Source of the DNA: Octopus vulgaris
Lineage: Eukaryota
Direction of reading: 5' to 3'
Length of the DNA stretch: 64,000 bases
Assembly (NCBI GenBank): GCA_951406725.2
Contig: OX597830.1
Span: forward strand, 39,742,001 to 39,806,000
Of this stretch, positions 1 through 11,993 are shown piece after piece. The translations under genes and the position numbers were made by a program. Under the pieces are notes generated by a model. It had not been told where the DNA came from. It worked only from the letters and a program-made list of their open reading frames with translations, and did no database searches. Position 1 is the first letter of the stretch; every line of letters begins with the position of its first letter.

Positions 1-439
1 ACGCTGCTGCGAGGGCAATTCGGTGACTTCATTTACATCATATCTTCATGAGAATATTTGGCGAAACAGATTTAGGGATTGCTAAGAACTATTTGTGTTC
101 CACATTTTGTGCAGGAAAAATCTCTTAGTATGCTCGTAAATTTGATTGTTTTCATCTTGTGTAAAATATACGTACGGTTTTCACGTTCTATAGATTGGTT
201 ATCAGATTATACATGAAATAATTAGATTTTACATGAAATTGTCAAATTTCCTCATGGCATTTCCAGTCAATTTACTGCCATTTTCTCAGGCCGCTAAACA
301 TGTGTTAACCGTTTACTTTACAGTAGTGGAAGTCCCGAACGTGTGCATGTTTACATTTTGTACATTATAGACTTTATACAAGCAAACTTATACACAGGCA
401 TACATACCTATATAGGCACACACACACGCCCATAATGTG

Positions 440-472
<33 letters not shown>

Positions 473-641
473 TATATAAATTAAAATTAATATTTAACGT
501 TATAGTCGATTTTGATATAATCATAATTGTTAAGTTCTATGTTTCTAGTTTGATAGTAGAGTTTATTATAAGTAAAATTATTACATTATTTATATCTTAA
601 AAACATTGTTTAAATATTTCTGATTATATTTTAGATATTTC

Positions 642-716
642 AATTACCTGAAGATTGACTGTAACCATAACTCGAATTATTACGAATTGGACAGCCATGA
701 AACGATCGTAGTGTTT
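642..716 (+). ncRNA. Type I hammerhead ribozyme motif in a microsatellite-flanked PLE pLTR-like unit (~472-852)
   Basis: tac-CTGAAGA(648-654)-T-TGACTGT...ACAGCCA-T-GAAA(699-702)-CGATCG-TA-gtg; palindromic stem III, GTA triplet, short stem I. Confidence 0.65.
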
Positions 717-847
717 TACTCATCATCTTTTATTAAACTTTTAATACTTTTGATATATATTTAAAATAATATAAATTTATTAATTTTATGTATTGGCTTA
801 AGTTTTTCATTGTTTGATTTGCCTAATAGTGGTTTATCTCTAATTTA

Positions 848-1071
<224 letters not shown>

Positions 1072-1152
1072 TTCTCGGGTCGGGAAAAAGAATGATCGTA
1101 AATATCTTTTAAAAATTATTTTTCTAAATTTTGTCAATGTGACATAAATGCA

Positions 1153-1300
1153 AGCGTGGTTGTGTGGTAAGGAGTTTGCTTCCCAACAATCATGGTTCCG
1201 AGTTCAATCCCACTTGGGCAAGTGTTTTCCACTATGGCATCGGGCCGACAAAAGCCTTATGAGTGCATTTGGTAAACAGAAACTGAAAGAAGCCCGTCGC
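1153..1300 (+). mobile_element. tRNA-derived SINE family B, 5' part
   Basis: gcgtggttgtgtggtaagg...gagttcaatcccac A/B-box-like head, then gccgacaaaagcc...ggtaaacagaaactgaaagaagcccgtc shared with many copies in the window. Confidence 0.75.
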
Positions 1301-2381
1301 GCACATATATATATATGTGTGTGTGCGCATATGATTCGGCTGAAAGATGGTATTGGGAAACCGAATTTGTTGTTAGTTAATAAAATCCGCTCATAGAATA
1401 ATATACAGACCTTTGAGAATCTGGGGCCTCGTGAGAAAACTTCTTTTTAAATGTAAGGGATTTTTCGCATTGAAAAGGTTACTAAAATCCATTGCTTATC
1501 TTCAGCCTGGAAAGTTGTTTGTTTTACTTCTGGCTGTAGATGTTAATTAATTTTGTTTTACTGTTCTACTTTTGATAATATACTGGTAATTAATAAAACA
1601 TTTAATCTTTTTATTAGATAATTTTTGAAGGACCCAAATCATGTTCAAAACATGTGTGAAAAACAACAATATTATTGTAGACATCATAACAATTTAAAAA
1701 CTCTGTGAGAGAATGTAAAATAATTCTTTTAGAAACAATGGATCTCGATGCATGATAAAGATATATATAACAACATATAAATATTGGGTTAGAAGACCTT
1801 TCGAATAGAAAAAAGTCGAAAGCAGCTCTCAAGTTATTCTATCCAGAGTTCAATATTTATACGTTATATAGTTTATAGCTTTATTTGCTTCGAGTTTGAG
1901 TGTTCCAAAAGTGAATCATTTCAAATCTGATATTATTTCTTTAGAAATGTAGCAAATGTTTGCATCCTTCATTTTGATGGATTTTAGAAATTTGCGTTAT
2001 ATTGCCACGCATGGAAAAGAGTCGATTGAAAAATCATTTGAAATCTTTAATGTAAAGAAAGTATATCAACAATGGCGTTGACTTGATGCCATGGAATAAT
2101 GAGAAGCAGGACATTGTTTTCAAACAACTGATATCTACAGCGATATAACATATTAAAATCTTTGAAGCTGTATTCTGTGTTTGAATGGGTGTGCTCAAGT
2201 CAAGCTATAGAGTTCCTTTATGCGAAATTAAGACTTTCCAGAACGGACAACTCGGAGTAGCAACGGAATGAAGCTTTATCTTCGCATAAATTAATACGCA
2301 TGAAATTATATGCGAAGAGTACTCTTCTACTAGCGTTTCTACATCAAAATAAATACACCTGCACTCACACGCATATACATA

Positions 2382-2434
<53 letters not shown>

Positions 2435-3368
2435 GCACATACGTACACACAGATATATATGTGTATGTATATGTATGTGTAAGTGTGTGCGTGTGTAAAT
2501 ATACACGCAGATGCAAAAGTAGATATGATACTTATTATCTACACATCCGTCTAATTAATTGTGTAAACTAAATACTCGAGTATATCCTTACATAAACATG
2601 TAACTATATAAATACGAATAGAGGACGTTGAACTTTACACTTCATACAGCGGTACAGTTTGCGTATACTGGCACGCATGTGTATCCGCAAATACTAGATT
2701 TCCTGTGCGTTTAGATTTACAGACCCATTATGAGATATATGGAGCAACATCTTAAATTTGTATTTCTTCAAGAAGTATTGTAAACAACTTTTATTAGTAA
2801 AAATAACAATTTTTCTGTCTAGCACATTTAAAATTAGAAAAAGTGGGCTTTTTTTTTAGCGTATCTAAAGATGAGGTTAATACCCGGGGCAAAAATGTTA
2901 ACCTTATTAACGAACTGCTCTCACATGGTTAGACATTTGACTTTTTCTGTTATTTACTAACTGTCACTCAGTTGGCCTAAATAGAGTCGCATCTGTCCAA
3001 GGAAACATAATATTGGTTTGCGATACTCGTTTCATCTATCTGTAAATACGAGTTATACGAAGGTTACAAATCACTGGTGTAAATGAAAGTTGCACTTGTA
3101 TAGTTCATTTATGTTTCGTTAGTTAGTAAGTGCTGATTTTTAAATTCTATCTTTTATAAACAACCGAAAAAAAAAGAGGAAACCATCAACTTGAGACTAT
3201 GTTACTGGCTGCATCGACAGTAAATGGCACACAGCGACACTTAAATTGCGAGTCTTCACTTGTCAGATTAAAATGTTTTCATTGGAAATTTTAACCCTAC
3301 AAATAAATTCACTGATGAATGAAATATGATTTATTTGTTCTTGTACCGAATGAATTATAACAGAACTA

Positions 3369-3951
3369 TTGGGTTTTCCGGAAAGTTCGTGCCGATTTTT
3401 AAGGGAAAGAAACGGTCAATAAATACTTGCCATTACATTTTTAATCAACCAAATATGAACCATTTTGTTGCACAATGCGTCTCCATCTTTCCTTTAACTC
3501 CATCTTTCCTTTAACTTGAAAATACCCTCTTCCCAGAATTGAGATGGTTTCATGGCAAAGAATTCATCAAGGTATCTTTTTACGTCATCCAAGGGATTGA
3601 AATTTTTACCATTAAGATTATTCTGCAGAGACCTGAATAAGTGGAAATCTTAAGGAGCAATATCTGGTGAATATGGAGGGTGGGGTAACACATCCCAGCC
3701 GAGCTGCAGCAATTTTTTGTCTGGTTCCCAAAGCATCAAGTGCCGAAAATGAACTTTCTCATCTTCCATTTTAAAGGGTTACAGAATTAACACAGGTTAT
3801 AGAAACATAAACCTTCTTCCACGAAAAGATAGCTTAAACTGTGCTCTAAATGGAGGTTTAGTCAAATCCTATTTTATGGACTCAAGCGTGTTCTAAAATA
3901 AGTCGAAATTTAAGCTACTATAAATCGGCACGAACTTTCTGGACAACCCAA
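3369..3951 (-). mobile_element. Internally deleted mariner (DD34D) element
   Basis: TIRs ttgggttttccggaaagttcgtgccgattt / aaatcggcacgaactttctggacaacccaa, TA TSD; minus strand encodes GWDVLPHPPYSPDIAP*DFHLFRSLQNNL. Confidence 0.92.
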
Positions 3952-4336
3952 TAGAATATAATGTATCGCATTACCTACAATGTGACAATAATATAAAGAG
4001 ATTTTTCTCGAGCGGTCATAATCAAATAAATTTGTAGATATGGCAGTGTTATTAAGAAGCTAGCTTTATTATAACCACGGGCCGACCAAAGCGTTGTAGG
4101 TGGATCTCGGAGATTGAATGTACGCGGAAGCCCATATGGTTATAGTAGAGGAGAATTGCTGGAGGTGCCTTGCAGTGGAACCGAAACCCTGAAACCTCGT
4201 GGTTGCAAACGAGCTTCTTAATAACACTGCCATATCTATCTCGTACAAACTTATTAATCTGGGCGACTAGATTTTATAATGACTGCTCAAGGAAAATGAC
4301 TTTATATTATTGTCACATTGTAGGTAATGCAATACA

Positions 4337-4972
4337 TCTATATATATAAAACTGTAGTTGTGTGAGTGTCTGTCCCCTTCGATTTAGATTCCTAACTACT
4401 CCCACATTTTGCGGTGCAGTTTAACCAAATTCGGGTATCTTATAGTCGTGAGTCATATCGAGCCCGTCTGGCTATTAGCGTGCGTCTACAATGAGTCTAT
4501 GATTTTAAAAATAATTTAACATCATTTTTTATTCCATTTTAATGCATATTTTTTCGTGTGTCGATGGCGGCGGAGTTGGCGTCCACGCTCACACCTGCAC
4601 CTGTGGGGAAGGGAGTGTAAGGAAATCAACGTCGTAATGCGTTGTCAAGGAGACCAGCGTTCTTTTAGAACAACGACTTCATGGCTTGAAGACACCAAAA
4701 CAGAAATGGCTAAGAAAGCGTCTACATGAGTCTACGATTTAAAAAAAAAATTACCATCATTTTTTCCATTTTAATGCATTTTTTCGCTATTATATAAGGG
4801 AAGTAACTCTCTAAAAATGTCTACGATGCGTCAACGATTTAAAAAAAAATTACCATCATTTTTTATTCCATTTTTAATGCATTTTTTTGCTATTTTTTTC
4901 CTATAACTCTCTAAAAATGCTTATATAGTTATTTCCTTTACAAACCCGAGCAACGCCGGGCGATACTGCTAG
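4337..4972 (+). mobile_element. Non-autonomous Helitron
   Basis: 5' TC, 3' CTAG, subterminal hairpin cccgagcaacgccggg (4945-4960), inserted between A and T without TSD; empty site reconstructable from the opposite arm; three internal ~60-bp repeats. Confidence 0.88.
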
Positions 4973-5192
4973 TTATATTATAGTTCCATTATAATTCATT
5001 CGGTACAAGAACAAATAAATCATATTTCATTCATCAGTGAATTTATCTGTAGGGTTAAAATTGCCAATGAAAGCATTTAAATCTGACAAGTGAAGCCTCG
5101 CAATTTAAGTGTCGCTGTGTGCCATTTACTGTCAGTAACATAGTCTCAAGTTCATGGTTTCCTCTTTTTTTCGGTTGTTTATAATAGATAGA

Positions 5193-5245
<53 letters not shown>

Positions 5246-5253
<8 letters not shown>

Positions 5254-5626
5254 ATATTTCGGAATGGTCATATTGCCAGTTTAGCCAATAAAAACACACG
5301 CACTATATATTTGGTGTTATTTTGCTTCAGTGATATTTATTTTTTACATTAATCTTAATCTTATTTCGGCCAAAGTTCTTTCGTCACACTCCTGTGACCG
5401 CATCAGTGGTCCTTTGTTTTCTTCTCATTACCTACAAAGGACCACTTTGGCCGAAATAAGATTAAGATTAATGTAAAAAATAAATATCACTGAAGCAAAA
5501 TAACACCAAATATATAGTGCGTGTGTTTTTATTGGCTAAACTGGCAATATGACCATTCGAAATATAACAATATCTGTTTCAACACACGACTTCACATAAA
5601 AAATCTTGCACAACAAATATTTAAAC

Positions 5627-5627
<1 letters not shown>
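5246..5627. mobile_element. Fold-back PLE pLTR-like unit within (TA)n
   Basis: Arms 5246-5417 and 5434-5573 are inverted; (TA)n on both sides. Confidence 0.75.
5368..5411 (-). ncRNA. Minimal hammerhead-like motif (A9C variant)
   Basis: Minus strand gacca-CTGATGC-G-GTCACA-ggag-TGTGAC-GAAA-GAAC-TT-tggcc. Confidence 0.6.
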
Positions 5628-5714
<87 letters not shown>

Positions 5715-6029
5715 GTATGTATGTATATATACGTACATACATATATACACACACACACATATATATACATTTATTTATTTAATTATATACCTGTGTTTGC
5801 GTGTGTATCTTTGTAGTTGTCTCTGCTCAACACCGTCGACAATCAGTCATGGTTTGTTTAAGTCCCCGTATTCTAGCGGTTCGGCAAAAGAGGCTGATGG
5901 AATAAGTACAAGCGTTTAAAGAATATTTGTACTGGGGCCACCTTGTTCAACTAAGCCTTCCAAAGCGGTGCTTCAAGATGGCCACTGCCAAATGACTGAA
6001 ACAATGAAATGATAACTGGTATAAAATTG

Positions 6030-6083
<54 letters not shown>

Positions 6084-6100
6084 ATTATTATTATTATTAT

Positions 6101-6657
6101 TGCAATTGAGTGAGAGAGTAGTGCATGCCATCAAATGACACTAGGGTAAAATTTACGAAGCCCAGTATACCCATCATGACTACCCGTCTGATAAGGGTAC
6201 ACCAGGCACATGCATCACAACCATATGTGCGCGACATGGTGATCTCATATCAAGATAAACAGCACATGACCTTGCAGGTGGGGCCCAGTTAGAATTTTCT
6301 TCTGGTCGAGTAACCCAACCCGCTCAAAAGGTCCCTGAAAAAGGGTTGTTTAAGGATGTTGAACGAAACACCCATGTTTCCAGAAGGGAATTATTCAAAC
6401 CCCCAAAAATCCACCTCAACACATGGCTATGATGCTCCCCCACTACATCTGCTCGTGATCAGAGATGCACATATCGTTAGCCACTAAAGGACATGCTCAA
6501 CTGGTTTAGGTCAAACAACTGACAAGCAAATCTGTGAGCAGAATATTTGTTGTAGCCCATCTTTTATACGAAGACAAAACAATGTACATGATAACAATTC
6601 CAATCAGTTAAGAAGATCAGAAGCCATGAGAGCCACTGCCTGGTACTGTATCAAGGC

Positions 6658-6660
<3 letters not shown>
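6101..6660. mobile_element. Interspersed repeat embedded in (TTA)n, probably derived from a non-LTR element
   Basis: ~560-bp GC-richer block bounded on both sides by (TTA)n; family not assigned. Confidence 0.5.
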
Positions 6661-6717
<57 letters not shown>

Positions 6718-6740
6718 TATTATTATTATTATTATATTCA

Positions 6741-7170
6741 AGGCGGCCAGCTGGCAGAATCTTTAGCACGCCGGGCGAAATGCTTAGCGGTATTTCGTCT
6801 GCCGCTACGTTCTGAGTTTAAATTTCACCGAGATCGACTTTGCCTTTCATCCTTTCATGGTCGATTAAATAAGTACCAGTTACGCACTGGGATCAATGTA
6901 ATCGACTTACCCGCTCCCCGCAAATTTCAGACCTTGTACCTATAGTAGAAATGATTATTATCATGATTATAAAGGCTGCAGGCCGACAAAATCGTTAGCA
7001 CGCTGGGGAAAATGCTTAGCGGCATTTCGTCCGACATTAGGCTCTCCATATTCCTCTCAGGTCGACTTTGCCTTTCATACATTCGTGGTTGATAAAATAA
7101 TTGCGAGTTGAACACTGGGGTCGATGTGATCGACATACCCTGAAATTGTTGATCTTGTGCCAAAATTTTA
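6741..7170 (+). mobile_element. Two tandem copies of tRNA-derived SINE family A
   Basis: ggcggccagctggcagaatc...gagtttaaattt...gactttgcctttcatcctt...aagtaccag core, as in other copies. Confidence 0.85.
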
Positions 7171-7178
7171 AATTATTA

Positions 7179-7228
<50 letters not shown>

Positions 7229-8125
7229 TGATGAAAACTCACAGCTTATTTTGCTGGATACGATGGGAAGTGCCAGTTGTCCACACTTGTTTGCTGGTCA
7301 TGCTTCAAGAACCCTGCGAAAAATTCTTGCAGTTCCAAGCAATGCTGATATTTCTAGGTGTTCTGCCTTTACATTTGTAACAATCCTTTCCAGCCATGTT
7401 GGTAGTTGAATGCTGATACTATTGGTACCAGATACTATTGGTATCACGTCTACTCTCTTCATTGACCACAACCTTCGTGTTTCCCACTTCAAATCGTCAT
7501 AGTTGTTTATTTTTTTCTTCTTCTTTCACATTGATCCTCTTGCCATTGGATCCCACAGGATTTTGCAATTTTCATTCTCGGTGATTCCATCTGGAGTTTG
7601 CCCATACCATGACTTTGCTCTTTGTAGGCCGTGATTTTCACAGACCGCCCAATGGATCATTCTTGTCTCATTGTCATGTCGTCATTTGTATTCGCCTTGG
7701 GCTAATTTCGGGCATTCGCTAACGATGTGCCATACCATTACACCCCTCTCGCCATACATTCTGCATTTGTCGCTGACGGTAGTGCTGTCGATTTTTCACT
7801 TCACATAGTTAGTCCTCAACGCTTGTTCTGTCTCTATCTTCAGGTCACTCTCCCTCATCTATAGCCACCGGTCTCTTATATATCTGTCTTAGCGTTCGTA
7901 TCTTTTGCAAACTGACCGTGCCTTTTTTTTTCCTTCCATGCGGTTTCTTTTTTGTGTGTGTTTCTATCTAATTGAACTCTAGTGTGCCCAGGTATATGTA
8001 GCCTTCCGTTTCAATTTGTTTAATCAGTTCTCTATTAGTTAATTCTATCCCTGCTAGGGATTGTACCTTACCTCTTTTCATGTACATTATTCCACACTTC
8101 TTGAGTCCGAATTCTATTCTGACGT
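7229..8125 (-). mobile_element. R4/Dong-like non-LTR retrotransposon 3' fragment (RT C-terminus, CCHC, restriction-like endonuclease), degraded
   Basis: EFGLKKC...YIYLG; CRM...WHIVSECPKLAQGEYK*RHD; KILWD; RLWSMKRVDVIPIV...ALLGTARIFRRVL; 3' end abuts (TAA)n. Confidence 0.85.
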
Positions 8126-9597
8126 CAACGTAAATCAGTGGACCGTGTTCACCAAGGAACTCACTTGTGCAATATAGTATCACATACACTTTAGTTGTTC
8201 AGATATATGGTACACCAGACGCAATTTATTGTTGGAACACCTAATTAGTATAGTTTTGCTTGACTATTAGCTGATCTGGGCCTATATAACAATACATGAT
8301 TTTGATGATTGATTTTTCTAGTTTCAGCTAATGAGCTGTGGCCATGCTGGGGCACCACCAATAAATTTGGTACCAATAAATACCAATAAATTATATGTAC
8401 CAATAAATTCTCAGAATCAAGGAACTGGACAAATTCCTAATTCTAAATCGTATAACAAACCATAACATGTTTTTTTTCCAATTCACAACATGCTTTCAGG
8501 CAGCAGCACTTAATTAACAATACTCAGATATTTAACAAGGAATGCATGACAATTTCAACCTCAACAAAAAGTATCCTTCAAATAAATCTCACAACAACAG
8601 TCGACATCAGTAAAAAATATTTCATTCCATTCACTCAGAAGTTGCTCGTAAATTATTAAACACTTCAAATAAAAATATAAATACGAAGCTCCGGATAGCG
8701 AACTCTCATTCCAATCGCTAAACCTACTTAGAATATAATAATACGTCTAGAATCGATAATATCCTAAACGGAAAGACCCGCTCTATCACACATTCTGTTT
8801 AATATATGCTTACACGCCGTTCCTACTCTAATACAAAGTGTACACAAAGCTTCATACACGTATGACATCAAAATTACGTCTTCCTACCATTCCCCTAAAG
8901 CAGCCGTTAAACTTTTCCACACTACATCAATCACTTAGAAATCTGGCTTCAAAATAACAGATTAAGAGTAGCTCATACAAACTCCGCCTTCTTCCTTCTT
9001 ACAAAAAGGATCAGATGAACATCAAAGGGAATCAACAATCACATTCAATAACATAAACATACGCTCCTCCACATACACATGCCACACACCGACAAATTTT
9101 TTAGAAATTGCATACAATCCCACTGTAACAGTTATAATTCATACAAGCTTATAGAACATAAAGCATATGGAATATAAAACAGCTCACTTCGAATCTATAA
9201 AGGCTTCACCATTAGCCACACCCACAGACAACTATTTAGCAATAAAAAAAACCTGTTTAAATAAGGACCATTTGGAATTACATGGTGTATAGCCTGTTGC
9301 TGTAGTATACTTTTGTTCCTTAATATCTTGGAGTATATGTAGGCTCACTCCGAAACACAGTCATGTCTACAACACTTACTATAACACCATTCAAATGATA
9401 TTACTATAAGGTGTCAAAAGGAGCATTAAAAAATGTGTACGCATAGGCACGAGCGCAGATGTGGCAGTGTGGTAAGAAGCTTGCTTCCCATCCACATGGT
9501 TACGGGTTCAATCCCACTACGTGGCACAGTGGGCAAGTGCCTTCTGCTACAGCCTTATGAATGGATTTGGTAGACGGAAACTGAAAGAAACCTGCCG

Positions 9598-9632
<35 letters not shown>

Positions 9633-9633
<1 letters not shown>

Positions 9634-10048
9634 CTTACTTGTACTTACTTGTGGCGACATTCACCCTGGGCGGGTTGAGTCGGCTTCTTCTACCACCCTC
9701 GAGGCATTGTATTCACCATTGAGAATTAATGGAAGAAGTTTCGTGGGAATATGTGGATTTGACAAGCAGTCCCCAACAATCCCGCATGTAGAGACATCCT
9801 GTTTGCCGCAGATTGTCCGCAAACGCAGGGGCAGAACGACCGAGGAGCCGCCGGTTGCCGAAACAGACACTCCGAGGATTTTCACCAGAGTCCCGTCTGT
9901 CGGGTTGTAGCCCTAATACCACTCGGTGTCAGACCAATCCGCCTTGGGTAGCCCTACCAGGAACCGAAGTTCCCGACGGCATAGCTCTGAAACTACCCCT
10001 TGCCAGCGTCTCCACCACGGTGAGGACGGAATGGACTTTGGGGATGCA
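9633..10048 (-). mobile_element. Non-autonomous retroelement with (AAGT)n tail, RTE-like
   Basis: GC-rich block between (TA)n runs, ending cacaagtaagtacaagtaagta on the minus strand. Confidence 0.5.
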
Positions 10049-10070
10049 TATATATATATACATCTATTTA

Positions 10071-10136
<66 letters not shown>

Positions 10137-10139
<3 letters not shown>

Positions 10140-10934
10140 GGTGAGCCAAAAGTCCCTGAGGGAATTTAATTTTTAATTACTACCTTATTTTTACAAATAG
10201 GTATATGAAATTTTATTTCAATTTAGCGGAGACAATGCTAATTAATTTACTTTAGCCCTTTTCATCATACCTCTGTATTATGTATGAAAAATGACATTCA
10301 GCTTCACACATCCGTGCACTTTCCAAAATATATTCCATGACAGCCGTAAAGGTTTCAGGGTCCAGTTCCTTAATTTCTCTAGTGAAGTTCTCCTTTAATT
10401 GCTCCAGAGTTTCTGGTTTGGTGACATAAACCTTCTCCTTGAGGCATCCCCGCAAGTCAGGGCTGGTCAAGTTTGGGGAACGCGATGGCCAGTTGACATC
10501 GTAGTAGCAACTGATGATTCTTTCTCCAAAATATTGCCTCAGCAACCGTATTGTCTATCTTGCCATGTGAACAGTTGCCCCATCTTGCCGGAACCACATA
10601 TCGGGCCGATCACGGACATGTACCGCTCACAAGTCATAGTGACAGCATTTCCATCATCGTCCTCAAAGAAGTAAGACCCGATTATCGCATCCACCATAAT
10701 TGCACACCACACTGTACTCTTTATAGGATGCAATTCTCTTTGGTGGTCTCTGGATTTGAATAATTGACCCCTGATTTTGATAGAACAATTTCACCACTTG
10801 GGAGCGTTTTGCAGTGCCATATCCATAATTAATTTGCATAACCTTGTCCATAAAACCCTGGAAAAGAAAAAGAAAGGTAAAAAATAAACGAATTATCAAA
10901 GATTGCAACCTTCGGTGACTTTTCGGCCACCCTC
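10137..10934 (-). mobile_element. Degraded IS630-Tc1-mariner element (DD41D/rosa-like)
   Basis: Imperfect TIRs cagggtgagccaaaagtc / gacttttcggccaccctc with TA; HPIKSTVWCAI...IIGSYFFED, FGERIIS...WPSRSPNLTSPD...LKEKVY. Confidence 0.85.
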
Positions 10935-11104
10935 TATTCTTTTATTCTTTTACTTGTTTCAGTAATTTGATTGCGGCCATGCTGGAGCACTGGCTTTTAG
11001 TCGAACAACTCGACTCCAGGACTTATTTTTTGTAAGCCTAGTACTTAATCAATCCGTCTCTAAGTTACGGGCGAGACGAACACAGACGCAAAAATATATG
11101 TATA

Positions 11105-11202
<98 letters not shown>

Positions 11203-11335
11203 TATAGAAATACAATAAGAGGCTTCCAAATAGGAAAGCGTTGTGCTAGAATGAGCAGTAGAAATCTCAAGACCACAAAAAAGGATAAATTCACGAAAGG
11301 AATGAAAATTAACAACGTTTACCATCTCAACTATT

Positions 11336-11405
11336 TCCCAGACCGACGGTTTCTAACTATTTCCAGCAAAAAAGTATGTGCTGAAGGCCAGTTTCTTCAG
11401 TGGGA
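11336..11405 (-). ncRNA. Type I hammerhead ribozyme
   Basis: Minus strand TCCCA-CTGAAGA-AACT..TTCAGCA..TGCTGGA..AGTT-A-GAAA-CCGTCGG-TC-TGGGA; predicted GUC cleavage between 11341 and 11340. Confidence 0.85.
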
Positions 11406-11610
11406 CAGCCTTTAGAATCCAGACATATAGACCATATATAGATCCACATGTAGATCTAACGGTTTGTAAATCCTAACTTTTCAAACCACTGCGCAGACGC
11501 AGATTATACCCGGCGACAGAGAGGATGCCTGTAAAAATTTCAAACGAGTTTATCAAACCGTTGATCTAGATGTGGATCTAGCGGTCTGTATGTCTGGATT
11601 CTAAAGGCTG

Positions 11611-11681
11611 TCCCACTGAAGAAACTGGCCTTCTGCAAATACTTTTTTTGCTGGAAATAGTTAGAAACCGTCGGTCTGGGA
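11611..11681 (+). ncRNA. Type I hammerhead ribozyme
   Basis: TCCCA-CTGAAGA(11616-11622)-stem II-GAAA(11664-11667)-CCGTCGG-TC-TGGGA; predicted cleavage after 11676. Confidence 0.85.
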
Positions 11682-11895
11682 AATAGTTGAGATGGTAAAC
11701 GCTTTTAATTTTCATTCCTTTCGTGAATTTATCCTTTTTTGTGGTCTTGAGATTTCTACTGCTCTTTCTAGCACAACGCTTTCCTATTTGGAAGCCTCTT
11801 ATTGTATTTCCATATGAATAATATATAGTCTAATGACTAATTCATTTTTCGTGCTAGGCCACTGGTAATAATAATTTATTATTACCCTATTTTAT

Positions 11896-11993
<98 letters not shown>

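Larger units (their letters stand above)
3141..5198. repeat. Long inverted duplication (arms ~3141-4080 and ~4196-5198), each arm interrupted by a different TE
   Basis: 3141-3368 is the reverse complement of ~4981-5198; 3952-4061 is the reverse complement of ~4212-4336. Confidence 0.9.
11197..11899. mobile_element. Tail-to-tail inverted PLE pLTR-like unit within (TA)n
   Basis: Arms ~11197-11472 and ~11546-11820 are near-perfect reverse complements; the right arm extends to 11899. Confidence 0.85.

Noticed and set aside
9315-9366. GGAGT/ACTCC-GAAA-CACAG-TC
   Set aside because: No recognisable CUGANGA core or stem I
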